A DNA stretch of 64,000 bases, taken from positions 94,490,001 through 94,554,000 of the forward strand of contig CM052817.1 of assembly GCA_028534125.1 (NCBI GenBank). Reading direction: 5' to 3'. Below are positions 50,846 through 62,605 of the stretch, piece after piece. The notes under the pieces were generated by a model that made no database searches, had not been told where the DNA came from, and saw only the letters and a list, made by a program, of their open reading frames with translations. The stretch is from Lama glama. Lineage: Eukaryota. Position numbers and translations under genes: made by a program. Position 1 is the first letter of the stretch, and the number at the start of each line of letters is the position of its first letter.

Positions 50846-51687
50846 TTTTTTTTAACTCTTAAATATATATTTTTATTGAGCTAGAGTCAGTTTACAATGC
50901 TGTGTCAATTTCTGGTGTACAGCACAATTCTTCAGTCATACATGAACATACATATATTCACTTTCATATTCTTTTTCACCGTAGGTTACTACAAGATACT
51001 GAATATCATTCCCTGTGCTATACAGTATGAGCTTGTTGTTTACCTATTTTATATATGTTAATTAGTATCTGCAAATCTTAAACTCCCAATTTATCCCTTC
51101 CCACTCCCTTCCCCACCCCCGGTAACCATAAGTTTGTTTTCTTTGTCTGTGAGTCTGTTTCTGTTTTGTAAATAAATTCGTTTGTCTTTTTTTTTTTTTA
51201 GATTCCACATATAAGTGATATCATATGGTATTTTTCTGGTTTGATAGTTTTCTTTTGTATTAGCTTGGTTTCTTTTTTGTGTGTGTGACTCTACTGTGTG
51301 TTTTTGATTTGTGGTTACCTTGTTTTTCAGGTATGTTAACCCCTTACTATATCTGTTTGCTTTAGACTGGTAGTCATGTAGGCTCAAACACATCCTAAAA
51401 AGAATGAGAAAAAAAAAAAGAAAAGAAAGAAAAAAGAAAAAAGAAAAAAAAAGAAGAGAGAGGAAAAAAATCTGTATTTTCTTGCTCCCCTGTCTCACCT
51501 TTTATAATTTTGATGTCCTTTTTTTTTTAACATCTTCATGTTTATTCTCTTGTAACTCATTATAGTTATCCCATTTCCACTTATGGTTTTCTCATTTGTA
51601 TAGCTCTCTGCTTCTTGTCTATTTAGAACAGATCTTTCAATATTTCTTTCAGCATAGGTTTACTATTGCTGAACTCTTTTAGTTTCT
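50846..51687 (-). mobile_element. L1 chimera: ORF1 C-terminus and spacer joined directly to the 3' UTR
   Basis: 51623-51685 antisense encodes KLKEFSNSKPMLKEILKDLF*, like the L1 ORF1p C-terminus. 50860-51235 is L1 3' UTR. No ORF2 lies between them. Confidence 0.82.
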
Positions 51688-52769
51688 ATCTGGCAAGACC
51701 ATTCTTTAAAATAGAAGGAATTTCACAGATAAGTGCAATAGTTTTTTGGCGTTGTGATGACCAGTGAAAACTGATCAATAAATGCATGTGTGGAAGTTCT
51801 GCACTGCTAATTTGTGGGAAAACTGGGAAAAACCTCACATATGCTGACTTCCAACTCAATTTCTTTTCTGTCAGCCTGTATTGTTTTCTACAGAATGACT
51901 GTATAAACAGGGCTCTTGCCTATTCCAAAAGATGTTTAGAGAAAGTTACTGTTAAAAAGCAATACATTAAAAGAAATACTCAGTTTTGCCCTTGAACCAA
52001 AGGACTCACAGATTCCATCTGGGTCAATTTATAATAGTATAGTTAGATGTCCATCCCATCTGTTGTCATTCACTTTTCCTTTTTGGGAAGGTTTTAGTAA
52101 GCCAGAGTAGCCAGTTGGAATTTAGAAAAGTTGAACTTTCTAAGGATAAAGCAGTTGATGGGATAACATTTGAGTTCAGTGTTTTGAATAGCCCTCAACA
52201 CTTTGTGTGAAGTCCCATCAATAGCTCTTAAAGAAGGACACAGCATATTAGCTGGAGCGGTTCGTGGGCCAGATGTCAAATGTGATGACCCGTTTCTGCT
52301 CACAAGTTGCATGCTTCGGCAGTTCCCAGCAGCCAGTTGGTCACACCTCTGCCTTCCTTAACTTGGTAGAGAACTGCTCCTTGATGAGTCTGCTTTGGAG
52401 CTGCTTTGGCCTAGAAGGACATGGAACCCTGAACTTTATAGCCTGGCTCTGTACTGCCCAGCTTCCAGTCATCCTCATCCAAACCATCACTGAGCCAGCA
52501 GTAAGAGAGAGAAGAACCAGCCCATAACCCCAGCCACTGTGCATTCTTCAGCCTGGACAGATGGAAAGCAAGGGATATTGTTGTTTATTGTTCCAATGAG
52601 AAAGGTGATCAGAGTTCTAGTCCTGGTTTTGCCGCTAACTGGTTAGGAATCTGAGTAAGTCATTAGAAGTTTCTTGCTTCTAATATGAGAGTAATGGAAC
52701 AGATGTCCTCTAAGGTACTTACTCTCCCCAAATCATAGCCATTTCTATGTTGAAGGTAATAATATTCCT

Positions 52770-52980
52770 AGTTAACATGTGTATCTACTAACTCTAGGCA
52801 TTCTCTCTTGACACCTTCAAAACAGTTACCCAAGGGAATATTATTAAATATTAATTATCATGTGAAAAACAAAGATGAGAAACATTGCCTCACTTGCCTA
52901 AGATCACGCAGCTGATAAATGGCAGAGCTGATTCTGAATTCCCATCTCTCTGACTGCAGAACTGTCAAGTCCTACCACAA
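52770..52980 (-). mobile_element. MIR SINE
   Basis: 'cacttgcctaagatcacgcagctgataaatggcagagctgattctgaa'. Confidence 0.65.
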
Positions 52981-53950
52981 TCTATGCAGAATAAAAAGAC
53001 TGAGAGCATCAAGTAAGTTTCACTAAGAGAAGATTAAATTCTCACCAAATTATGAAACTAACTCTCAAGCAAGCCTTCACTAACAGGAATTTTGGCCAAC
53101 TGCAGAGATGCAAAAATAATAATCCATCTTGTACATAACCTGATGGTGGGAGGGTTATTTCTCTAACATACAGTGGTAAAGTGACCTGTAGTGTCAGATC
53201 TAGGTTATGGAAGAACAGATGTTTCCGGTTAGTAACAGTTTGTGAACTGAAATCTCACTTTTTCCAGCCAAGCATCTTCCAATCCAGTTACTCTTGCTTA
53301 CCATAAATCCTCAGAACTAAAGGGGATTTCACATACTTTAGGTGTGCCGGCTTTATTTTAAGATATTGGCATTTCTGCAGCTAAACTTCCTGTACACATT
53401 AGATTTGGAGTTAAGGAAGTTAGAGTGGATGAGAAAAATTCTAATTAAAAATGAAAGCTTTATCCCAAAGTTCTCACACCACTGATACTTCCCATCACTG
53501 GCTGGACCATGACAAATAGGAACAACAGGAGCTAAATCAGGGTCCTCACTCTTGACTGCCCATTCGAACCATCTGCAGTTCCCAGGCACTGGTGTCTAAT
53601 GTGCTGCCAGCAACAAGAACCATTGCTCCAGACTAGATAAACATGTAGAAACTTCATTTTCGTGGCTTTTAAGATCTTTTTTTTTTCATTTTCAAAGGTT
53701 CTTATATCACCCTTATCTTGAGTTGAAACTTATTCGTGAAACAAATGGGTATTAGCCTGATTTGCTTGAGAAATAATAACAGTCACAATTTTCCATACGA
53801 AATGATGCTATTTCCTGGGGTTTTGTCTTAGAAAGCCCCATCTCCCCCACATTTGTTTTCCCTCCATGCATTTTCCAAGGGTGAGCTCCTCAGTGTATGA
53901 AGCAAAGTGGAGTGGCTCTGGTGGAAATCTGGGTTTGAGATCCCTTAATG

Positions 53951-54570
53951 CAAGAGTTGGTCAACTTTTTTTTTTCTGGAAAGGGAGAATGAATAAAAAT
54001 TTAGGCTTTGCAGGACAGTCTCTGTTACAGCTCTCTAATTCCATTGTCACAGTGCCACAGCAGCCATAGACAATACGTCAGCCAACGTACTAGTGAATGA
54101 GTACAGCTGTATTCCAATAGTTATTTATGGACACTCAAATTTTAATTTCATAGACTATCCACATGTCACAAACCATTATTACTCTTTTGATTTTTTTACG
54201 CACTTAGAATTGTAAAAAGCATTCTTAATTTTCAGGCTATACAGAGCCAGGTGGTGGGTTGGATTTGGCCCCTGATTGGGTATATTTGGAATCTCTGGAT
54301 GTGGAACTCAGTCATCAGTACTTTTTAGAGTCCTTCAGATGATTCCAGCATGTAGTCAAGATAGTGAGTTCCTGCATTAATGGGCTATGAAATCAGTCAC
54401 ACAGTTGTCACTGGTGTTAAAAAATCAAATTGTATACAATAGAAGAGACTACATCAAAGTGCATCACACACAGTAAGGACAGTTATTATTTTGTGGAATT
54501 TTGTCTCATACATATGTCTGTTTGTGTGTTTGTGTCTGTGTGCAATGAATTGCAATGTACACTCACTATG
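53951..54570. mobile_element. hAT-Charlie MITE cluster (MER58B-like 53951-54272, MER5A-like to about 54375, further Charlie-like fragment)
   Basis: 'gcagccatagacaatacgt..gctgtattccaata..ttatttatggacact..ggatttggccc', then 'aatctctgg..cagatgattcc..'. Confidence 0.7.
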
Positions 54571-54849
54571 CCTTAACCATCCTTGAATGTCCTGCTGCTT
54601 GACAGCCATGGCTGTACCCTACCTGAGTACCTGGCCTCGAGAGGGGTGTGGGAATCAGTAGCCCCCCCCATGACACAACTGAAATTCATTCAAGGCACCC
54701 ACGAGCTGTTGGCCAGTTAGCTTCATACTCCAATAGCCTTTTCCAGCTTATACAGGGTCTATAAAAGCAGTTCGAATTTCTATGTGTGCAATGCCATTAA
54801 AATGGTTTGGGAGTTCTAAGAACAAATGCTTTCAAAAGCATAAAGTTAG

Positions 54850-55480
54850 CTAATGGGATAATTACAAGTATGATATATACCTTCCAAACATATAAGAGGA
54901 TATGGGCAAATAAACTATAGCATGTACATTAAAAGATCAGAAATAAGAAATTTAATAAAGTATGGAATGAAAATAACAGAAAATAAACTAAATGTCAGTT
55001 GTGAATCCATAAATGCCTATGAATTAAATTTCTGTATTAAAGGATAAGGACATTTAGATTGAATCAAAACAGGAAAAAAAAATCCAACAAAAATGCACTA
55101 GATCACAAGGAGTACAAATAAAACAAAAGAATGTGACATGTTAAAAAAAGAGTGCAAAGGTATACTTGAAAAATAAAAATAAATAAAACCAGAAATCACA
55201 ATTTTAATATTAGACAAAGTAGAATTAAAGGCAAAGACAATAAAAAGACAGACAATTAATTCAATTTATATTGTTAAAGGATACATGACATAATAATTCT
55301 TAAATTTAACTATGGACTGACCAAGCCATTATATCTCAATAATAGAGCAAAATGAAATATAAAGCAAAAGAAGAAATTGACAGAATTACAATAGCAGTGA
55401 GAAGTTTTAAATGGTTTTCTCCAATTGTGATAAATCAAGGAAGCAAAAAAAAAAATAATTAGAATCTGAAAAGTATCTGC
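54850..55480 (+). mobile_element. Ancient L1 ORF2 endonuclease-region remnant
   Basis: 'ttaatattagacaaagtagaattaaaggcaaag' and 'aagaagaaattgaca..acaatagcagtgagaag'. Confidence 0.65.
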
Positions 55481-56044
55481 TTTGCAATCACAAGTGATTG
55501 ATGTATAGTTCTTTTGGTAATAAATTAGTGAGGATAAACTTTATCATGTGTTCCAGCATTTCTATACACTCATTTTGAAGTGATGTTGCTGAATTGCTTG
55601 ACAAGATGTTTTGAGATCTGTACCTGATGGAACAGGGAGGACACTGAGAGGCAAATTTGTGCAGTGTTTTTCCTGGCAAGACCCAATGTCGCTGCCACAA
55701 TCCGTCTTCTCGCCTGCCTTCTATAGAGGCACTGCGTTCATGTTTTGTGCTTTGGGTTTCTTTTCTTTCATTTTGATTTTTAAACACAACCGTGACTGAG
55801 AAATGAGTGGCTATATCAAAGGGAGAGCCCTAGATGAAAAGGTTATTTAGCCCAGAGAAAAAACAGCAAAAAAGTTAACATAATAGTCATAAATTCAGTG
55901 TTCATTAGCGGCACCAAAAGAAGACAGACCACCAGCCTTCACTACAGACTGCACTTTAGTGAAAGCACAAGCAGAACGCTGAGTGACAATGTTGGCAGAG
56001 AGAGGATGCGCCAAGCTGCGAACATCAACGTGTAGGACAAATAA

Positions 56045-56240
56045 GGCATTACAACGTGTTGATGAAATGCACGGACTCCAGAGCCAGACGGCCTGGCTTC
56101 AAAATAATTTCATAACTGCGAGCTGAGACCTTGGGCAGTTTACTTAATCCCTCTGTACCTTTGTTTCATAATTCATAAAATGGGAATAATAATTGTCTAT
56201 CTTACAGAGTTATTGACTGCGTTAAATGAATTATATATAT
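56045..56240 (+). mobile_element. MIR SINE
   Basis: 'ggactccagagccagacggcctgg..gaccttgggcagtttacttaatccctctgtacc..taaaatgggaataataat'. Confidence 0.8.
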
Positions 56241-56274
56241 ATTTATTTATTTATATAAATGTTTACACGAAGAG

Positions 56275-56530
56275 AAAAATTGACCTTAAAATTTATATGG
56301 AATTGCTAGGGACCCCGAATAGCCAAAATAACCTTAAAAAAGTGCAAAGATGGATGATCTACACCTTACAATTCCAAAACTTACTACAAAGCAATGGTAA
56401 TCAAAACAGTGTGGTATTGCTCTAAGAATCAAGGAATAGAATTGAGAGTCTAGAAATGAACCTGTATCTGTGGTAACTGATTTTCGGCACGGGTGCCAAG
56501 ACCCTTAAATGATGAAAGAACTCTCTGATC
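56275..56530 (+). mobile_element. L1 ORF2 fragment
   Basis: 'gaatagccaaaataacc..aaaacttactacaaagcaatggtaatcaaaacagtgtggtattg'. Confidence 0.8.
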
Positions 56531-56867
56531 TAAAATATCAAGGGAGACAAGGCTCTAGACAAGATGAGGTCAGAACTCTTCTCCTGCACTTTTGCACTGA
56601 GAGTTGGTATGGTGCTTGGTGACTGACAGAAGAATGTTTTATGGTTTGGGGCTTGCAATGTTTTTGAAGTCATTTACTTTTCTGAGACAGATATAGGACG
56701 AACACTGCCTGACTCCCATGATGTCATAGGAGTCTCTCAGTGAATAAAGCATCCTAGATGGTGCCGCTTTTCTGATACCCTTAGCTACTGGAGTGTGGCA
56801 GCCAGGGACTTGAGGGTTAGTTACTGTATCATAACAGAAATAAGTATTCTAAAAGATGGAAAATGGG

Positions 56868-58014
56868 CCTTTTTCAAAGAAGACATACTGATGGCCAATA
56901 AGCACATGAAAAGATGCTGAACGTTGCTAATCATGAAAGACATGCAAATCAAAACCACAATGAGATATTACCTCACATCTATAAGAATGTGGAAAACAGT
57001 ATGGAGAGTCCTCAAAAAAGTAAAAACAGACTTACTGTATGATAAGCCAGCAATCCCACTCCTGGGCATATATCTGGAGGGAACTCTAATTTGAAAGATA
57101 CATGCACCCCAATGTTCATAGCAGCACTATATACAATAGCCAAGACATGGAAACAACTGAAATGTCCATCAACAGTTGACTGGATATAGAAGCTGTGGTA
57201 TATTTAAATAATGGAATACTGCTCAGCCATAAAAAACAATAAAATAATGCCATTTGCAGCAACGTGGATGGACCTGGAGATCATCATTCTAAGTGAAGTA
57301 AGCCAGAAAAAGAAAGAAAAATACCATATGATATCACTCATATGTGGAATCAAAAAAAGCAAAAAGAAGACACTAATGAACTTATCTATAAAACAGAAAC
57401 AGGCTCACAGACATAGTAAACAAACTTATGGTTACCAGGGGGGAAAGGGGGTAGGAAGGGATAAATTGAGAGTTTGAGATTTGCAGATATTAACTGCTAT
57501 TTATAAAGTAGATAAACAACAAGTTTCTTCTGTATAGCACAGAGAACTATATTCAATATCTTATAGTAACATATAATGAAAAAGAATATGAAAAGAAATA
57601 TATGTATGTATATGTATGACTGAAACATTATGCTGCACACCACAAATTGATACATTGTAAACTGACTATACTTCAATTAAAAAAATAAAATAAAATTCCT
57701 AAAAAAACAGTCCCCAAATAACAAATATTGGTAAGGCTATGGAGAAAATGGAAACCTTGTAGACCGTTGGTGGGAATGTAAATTTGTGCTGCAGCCATTG
57801 TGGAAAACAGTATGGAAGTTCCTTAATAAACTAAAAATAGAATTGCCATATGACCCAGCAATTCCACTCCTGGGTATATATCCAAAGAAAATGAAAACAC
57901 AAATTTGAAAAGATACATGCACCTCAGTGTTCATAACAGCACTATTTACAATTGCCAAGATGAGCAAGCAATCTAAGTGTCCATCAACAGATGACTGGAT
58001 AAAGAAGATGAGAT

Positions 58015-58047
<33 letters not shown>

Positions 58048-58498
58048 TACACTGGAATATTACTCAGTCATAAAAAAGAATGAAACTCTGTCATTTGTAA
58101 CAATGTGAATGGACCTAAAGGGTATGCTTAGTGAAATAAGTCAAACAGGGACAGACAGATACTGTATATTATCCCTCATATGTGGAATCTGAAAAATAAA
58201 ATGAATGAATAAAACAAAACAGAAATAGACTCACAGATACAGAGAGCAAACTAGTGGTTACTAGTAGGGAGAGGGAAGTGGGGAGGGGCAAAATAGAGGT
58301 AGGGGATTAAGAAGTATGAACTACTCTGTATGAAATAAATAAGCTACAAGGACATATTGTACAGGACAGGGAATATAGCCAATATTTTATAATAACTATA
58401 AATGGAGTAAAATCTGTAAAAATATTGAATCACTATGTTGTACACTTGAAAGTAACATAATATTTTAAATCAACTATATTTCAATTAAAAAAAAAACA
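56868..58498 (+). mobile_element. Older L1 3' end containing a nested younger L1 (about 56988-57700)
   Basis: Two successive L1 3' UTRs with A-tails. The host ORF2 stops at 'cctcacatctataagaatg' and resumes at 'aaataacaaatattggtaagg'. (CA)n at about 58014-58050. Confidence 0.88.
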
Positions 58499-58988
58499 GA
58501 AAATGGGAAAATATCAAGTGTGGGTTATCTCACATATTTACTATCAATTCTCTTTTCTCTATCAGGTCCCTGAAATCAGTTTCAGTATATATCACAACCA
58601 AGTTATTTGAGTTGTAATAAGCACAATGCAATAAATATGCTGGAATCTAGGTTTTCCTCTGTTAATGTTTGTCAGCATTGCTTAATGATAGAGACATCTT
58701 AGAAAGCAGAGATTGTGTATGCTTAAAGATTTTTTAAACTTTTCCTAATTATATTTTATGATTATTTTCACAGAAAATTTAGAAAGTATTAAAAAGCAGG
58801 AAAAAAAAATTACCTCCAATCCCAACACTGAGAGATAACCTTGGGATGTTTCTCTTCTGTATTTTTGCTTTAGTTTTGATTTAGTTCGTTTATTACAGAA
58901 AACCACACAGATAAGTACTTATTAAATATATGGATATGATAATAATGGCTGGAAATCTATTATCCATCTGCTTTTGTTGGTAACTTAC

Positions 58989-59039
58989 CTGGACTTCCAG
59001 TGTTAGGGCTGTTTTGAGGAGATGCAGTAAAAATATAAC
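58989..59039 (-). CDS. GYPA: GYPA exon 2, 51 nt, (G)YIFTASPQNSPNTGSP
   Basis: Acceptor 'tgtctttatag', consensus donor 'CCAG|gtaagt', phase 1-1, open frame. Completes the signal peptide (LLLSGY, as recalled for non-primate glycophorins). Confidence 0.82.
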
Positions 59040-61289
59040 CTATAAAGACATTTAGGGAAATTATTTAAAATGTGCATCTCCAATAGAATCATAGATGTTT
59101 TCAAGAATCCTCTAGAAAGCAAAGGAAAAAAAATCCATAGCAAGAATGTTAAATTCAACTTCCCAAATTCAAATCAGTGTGAGTCAATTTCAAGATACAG
59201 TCTCTTCTTTCCCCTCTTAGAAATTCTTCTCCAGGAGTTCATAGTAGAGTGTTCATTTCTCTCTAAAAACCCAATTTCACCCTAAGCTAGAGCTTTGTAG
59301 GTGTGATAACTAATCTACAGATCATCTCAGGCTGACCTTGAGGTGTCACTGAAGTTTAGAGATGAAAGGGATTTTCGATGCCATCTATTTATTCTGTGTT
59401 TTATTAAATAGGCAGGAAGAATCTGAGGCTCATGGGGGTCAATTGCCCACAGTTAAACTAGTCTGCAGCAGAATTCTGCTCATTGGTCATTTCTGCAACT
59501 GTTATTAATTGAGTGCCGACTAGGTACCCAGCAGTGCAGGGGATGCATACATGAAGACACGGGTTTCACTTTAAGAAATTTAGAGTGTCGTGGTCCCCGA
59601 AATCCAGTTCAGAACTCATTCCTGCAACAGCTAAATGGAGAGAAAGCTTCTCTTCTTGGATCGCTGAAGAAAAAGGAGATGCCCACTTTCTCAGTCATTC
59701 TAAGCATGTGCTGTTCAGCCTGGTGTGCCTGCAGGTGTGTGTAGTGAGAACCCCAGGGTAATTCATGGTCTATCTAGGCAGAACTCTCTCCAAGAACTTC
59801 CTAGCATCAGAATCCGATTTTCAAATTAAAGCTTTTGCTTTTCCTTGAACGCCCTATATTTTCTCCTGTCTCAGAACTTCCGTCCTCTCCCTCCCCTCTC
59901 CCTCCAGCACCCTTCCCCCTGATTTCGCAGGGTTGGCCTCCTCTCACTGTTCAACTCTCATCATCGTTGTCACTAACTCAGAGAAAAATTTCCTGCCGCC
60001 CTTCTCTCCATCAGCCTCCTGCCTTATGTTCATCGCCTTCCCTGGTTTAATTTTCTTCATGTTATTTTTCACTGTCTGTTCTCATTTTAATGATCAATAA
60101 TTTAGGAAACACTGTGTGCTGACACGTTTGTCACAAGGAGCATTCCAGAGTTGTGAGGCATTTGAGGTGACAGATGGTCACCTAGTCAAATGGTCGTCTC
60201 GGTCAATATTGCCTTAATGAAAACCTCTGCACATTCTCACAGTCATCAGGTTTCCTTCCCCCGTCATTTTGGTGACCGATACTACACCAAATGTAAATGG
60301 ACTTGGTTTTTTGAAGTTCAGAAGTTATTACTATGTTGGATCACTATGAAAATTTAAAGAAGTCATAAACAGCATTTATTACCTTTGTTTAAAAAAAGTC
60401 CTGTTTAACGTCTGTGTTCCCTAGCACTGCCTGCCCCCACCTGCCCTGATGGCACCCGCGTCCTGAGCGGGAGCCCGCACGTCTGACTGCGCTGGCCTCT
60501 GTGCTTGGCACTCCACACGTAGTCACTGAATGAACCAGTGAGTGAATGAATTCAGGAAGCAGGAATCAAATCATTTCGAAAACCTTACTGCCCATTGGGA
60601 GGATGACATCTGATACATGTAGAATTAGAAATAGTGGCTTTATCCTTAAGGATTACTGGAGCAAGCAAAACAATCTTTTTTTTTTCCTTCCTCATACTTT
60701 GCAGGTTCGTCTCCTCAACTAGTGAGTAAGGGGCGAGGGGTGGGGAATGTTTCCCAACATCTTTCTGTTATTCTGTAAAGTAGTCACATTAAGAGGGTTT
60801 CTCGGAGGATTTCAGATGTAAGGACGATGACAGCCTTGGCACTGGAGACTAAGGCAGGCGTCAAAGTCACTTGGGTTCAGCGACCTTCTGGTGGAGTCTC
60901 ATTTAAGGCCTTAATCCACTATCGGCTTGAGCACTGGTTTCACGAATTTCTTTCTTTTCCAGGAGTCCTTTCCAAATATCGTGCTTCCCCCACCACCAGT
61001 AGGTAATGTGTCTAATATGAGAGAGTATTTGCCCTTTGCCCTCTGGAACAAAACAGCGAATGCCTCTGGTCTTTTCTGTGTGACAGCTCTACAGATATTT
61101 GATTATATTTAACTACTAGGCTGCATTCCTTCCACATGTTTTCTTTTCTTCAACTTAATGTTTTCATATTTTGCTACTTAAAAAAAAATTAGAGCAACAT
61201 TGTTATTTTCCCATAATTTTCCATTCTCCCTGACTTCTGAGAAATCACTATCACGTACCCAGGTTTGTTTCCTAGTTTGTAATTATTAT

Positions 61290-61545
61290 CATAGCTAAAT
61301 ACTCATTTACCACTTTACTATGTGCTGGGCGCTGGAGTAAGTACTTCACGGTAATTACTTTCTTTAGTCTTTATGTGATTCCTAGGAGGCAGGTACCAGC
61401 ATGGTCTGCATTTTACAGACAAGGACACTGAGGCAAAGAAAGGGTAGGTCGTTTGCCTCCTTGTTCCCCGGGCTCTCCGATGTGAAGCCAGGTTTGACCC
61501 TAGTTCTGCCTGTCTTTCACATCTGTGCTTTAACCATGACACTCT
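61290..61545 (-). mobile_element. MIR SINE
   Basis: 'ttactatgtgctgggc..cattttacagacaaggacactgaggc..ggtttgaccctag'. Confidence 0.8.
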
Positions 61546-62426
61546 TTTTACCTGCTCATGTATCTTAGAAAATGCTGGCTCCCTCCCTCATCCAGCAGCA
61601 GATCCTTGAGACTTGCTCTAACTCGAGTGACAGCCACGTCTGCGGGGCTAGAGACATTCCAAGTAATGGCCTGCTCCTGATCTGCGTGCTGGGCACTAGT
61701 ATTTCTGACACATAAACACTGCATTTAAGAAGACGTTAACCATGACATTCTCAGGAAGAGGTCAAGAATAATGCTAATCTGATACAACTTCTTAATGCAC
61801 CTATGTTATTTCTTTATTTTAATGAATTGATTTCGATTTCTCCCCAAACCACATAACACCTAAGCCAATAAGAGCTCTTTCTTTCTTTCTTCCTTTTTTA
61901 CTGCATCACACCTCACGAAGTGGACCACAAAGTGGGAAACAACCCCCCCGTGGATTCAGAGTTCATGCTTGCAGCTTGTACATTTTTGGCAGAAGGAGGA
62001 AATTATAATTTGGGGGGGGGGCGGAATTTCTTGAAAACTGAGGACTGTACATCCACCATCACCTTCCTTAATGACTCTTTAATTTACAAGTTAAACTCAT
62101 TGAAACACCAACAGAGCAACACATTCCTTCACAGCAGAGATGTTTCCCCATAATATTTGATAAAATTCTTTTAAGTCTAGCTAGGGAACAGAAGCATGCT
62201 TCTCATACTGGAAAATTGTGATTCAGCCGCAGTTACTGGGCCCCCTTGTGTCATTTTCTCTACCTTACCAGCTGAGTCCCAGTAAAAATCCATCCACCAA
62301 ACTGGGATCTGAGATACTACTCATTTATACATTCATTTAAGTAAGATAGGACTAAAATGTTGCTCTTTTGACCTATAATCCTATATCCCATGTAATAGCA
62401 TCACACTTAAAAAAAATTCCACTTAC

Positions 62427-62463
62427 CTGACAGTAGTAGTGCAATGATTATTTTCCTCTGCAT
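62427..62463 (-). CDS. GYPA: GYPA exon 1 coding part, signal peptide MQRKIIIALLLS(G)
   Basis: ATG at 62461-62463, 37 coding nt, donor 'TCAG|gtaagt'. Parallels GYPA MYGKIIFVLLLS. The 5' UTR 'GCACTGAC..CCAGCTCATGAGATCAGGATG' resembles the GYPA leader. Confidence 0.92.
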
Positions 62464-62519
62464 CCTGATCTCATGAGCTGGCTTGCTAAGGTCAGTGCCA
62501 GAAGACCACCAGGGACGAC

Positions 62520-62605
62520 TGAAGTGGCATCTGTGACCTCAGCCTGCACGCTGTTATCTTTCAGTTCCACTTTCTCCAGGCATCAGCTGATAGGCTGGGC
62601 GGCAT
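62520..62605 (-). promoter_or_regulatory. Erythroid TATA-less GYPA proximal promoter
   Basis: AGATAA at 62554-62559 (minus strand), E-box CAGCTG at 62584-62589 overlapping TGATAG at 62588-62593, and GGGCGG at 62597-62602. The spacing fits the known GATA(-36)/E-box-GATA(-70/-74) layout. Confidence 0.75.

Larger units (their letters stand above)
35570..62520 (-). other. GYPA: Glycophorin A orthologue, 7-exon gene span (ends approximate)
   Basis: Colinear exons with GT-AG boundaries and GYPA-like signal peptide, juxtamembrane, TM, cytoplasmic and 3' UTR sequence. Confidence 0.9.

Noticed and set aside
34513..53635. Idea of a decayed SEA-domain mucin pseudogene (PSFVEYCSKVIYK near 36960-36998; FLNSKSNVYRKF near 53385-53420)
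   Set aside because: The resemblances are short, need several frameshifts or stops, and lie inside GYPA introns. An HMM search would be needed, and I cannot support the idea by eye.
55488..55623. Minus-strand acceptor with an open reading segment
   Set aside because: There is no usable donor, and the phase-1 frame stops after about 20 codons with no glycophorin-like composition.
51091..58048. ORFs at 51091-51498, 57211-57477 and 57737-58048 (also 16477-16794)
   Set aside because: These are translations of L1 ORF2 ends or UTRs, not host genes.
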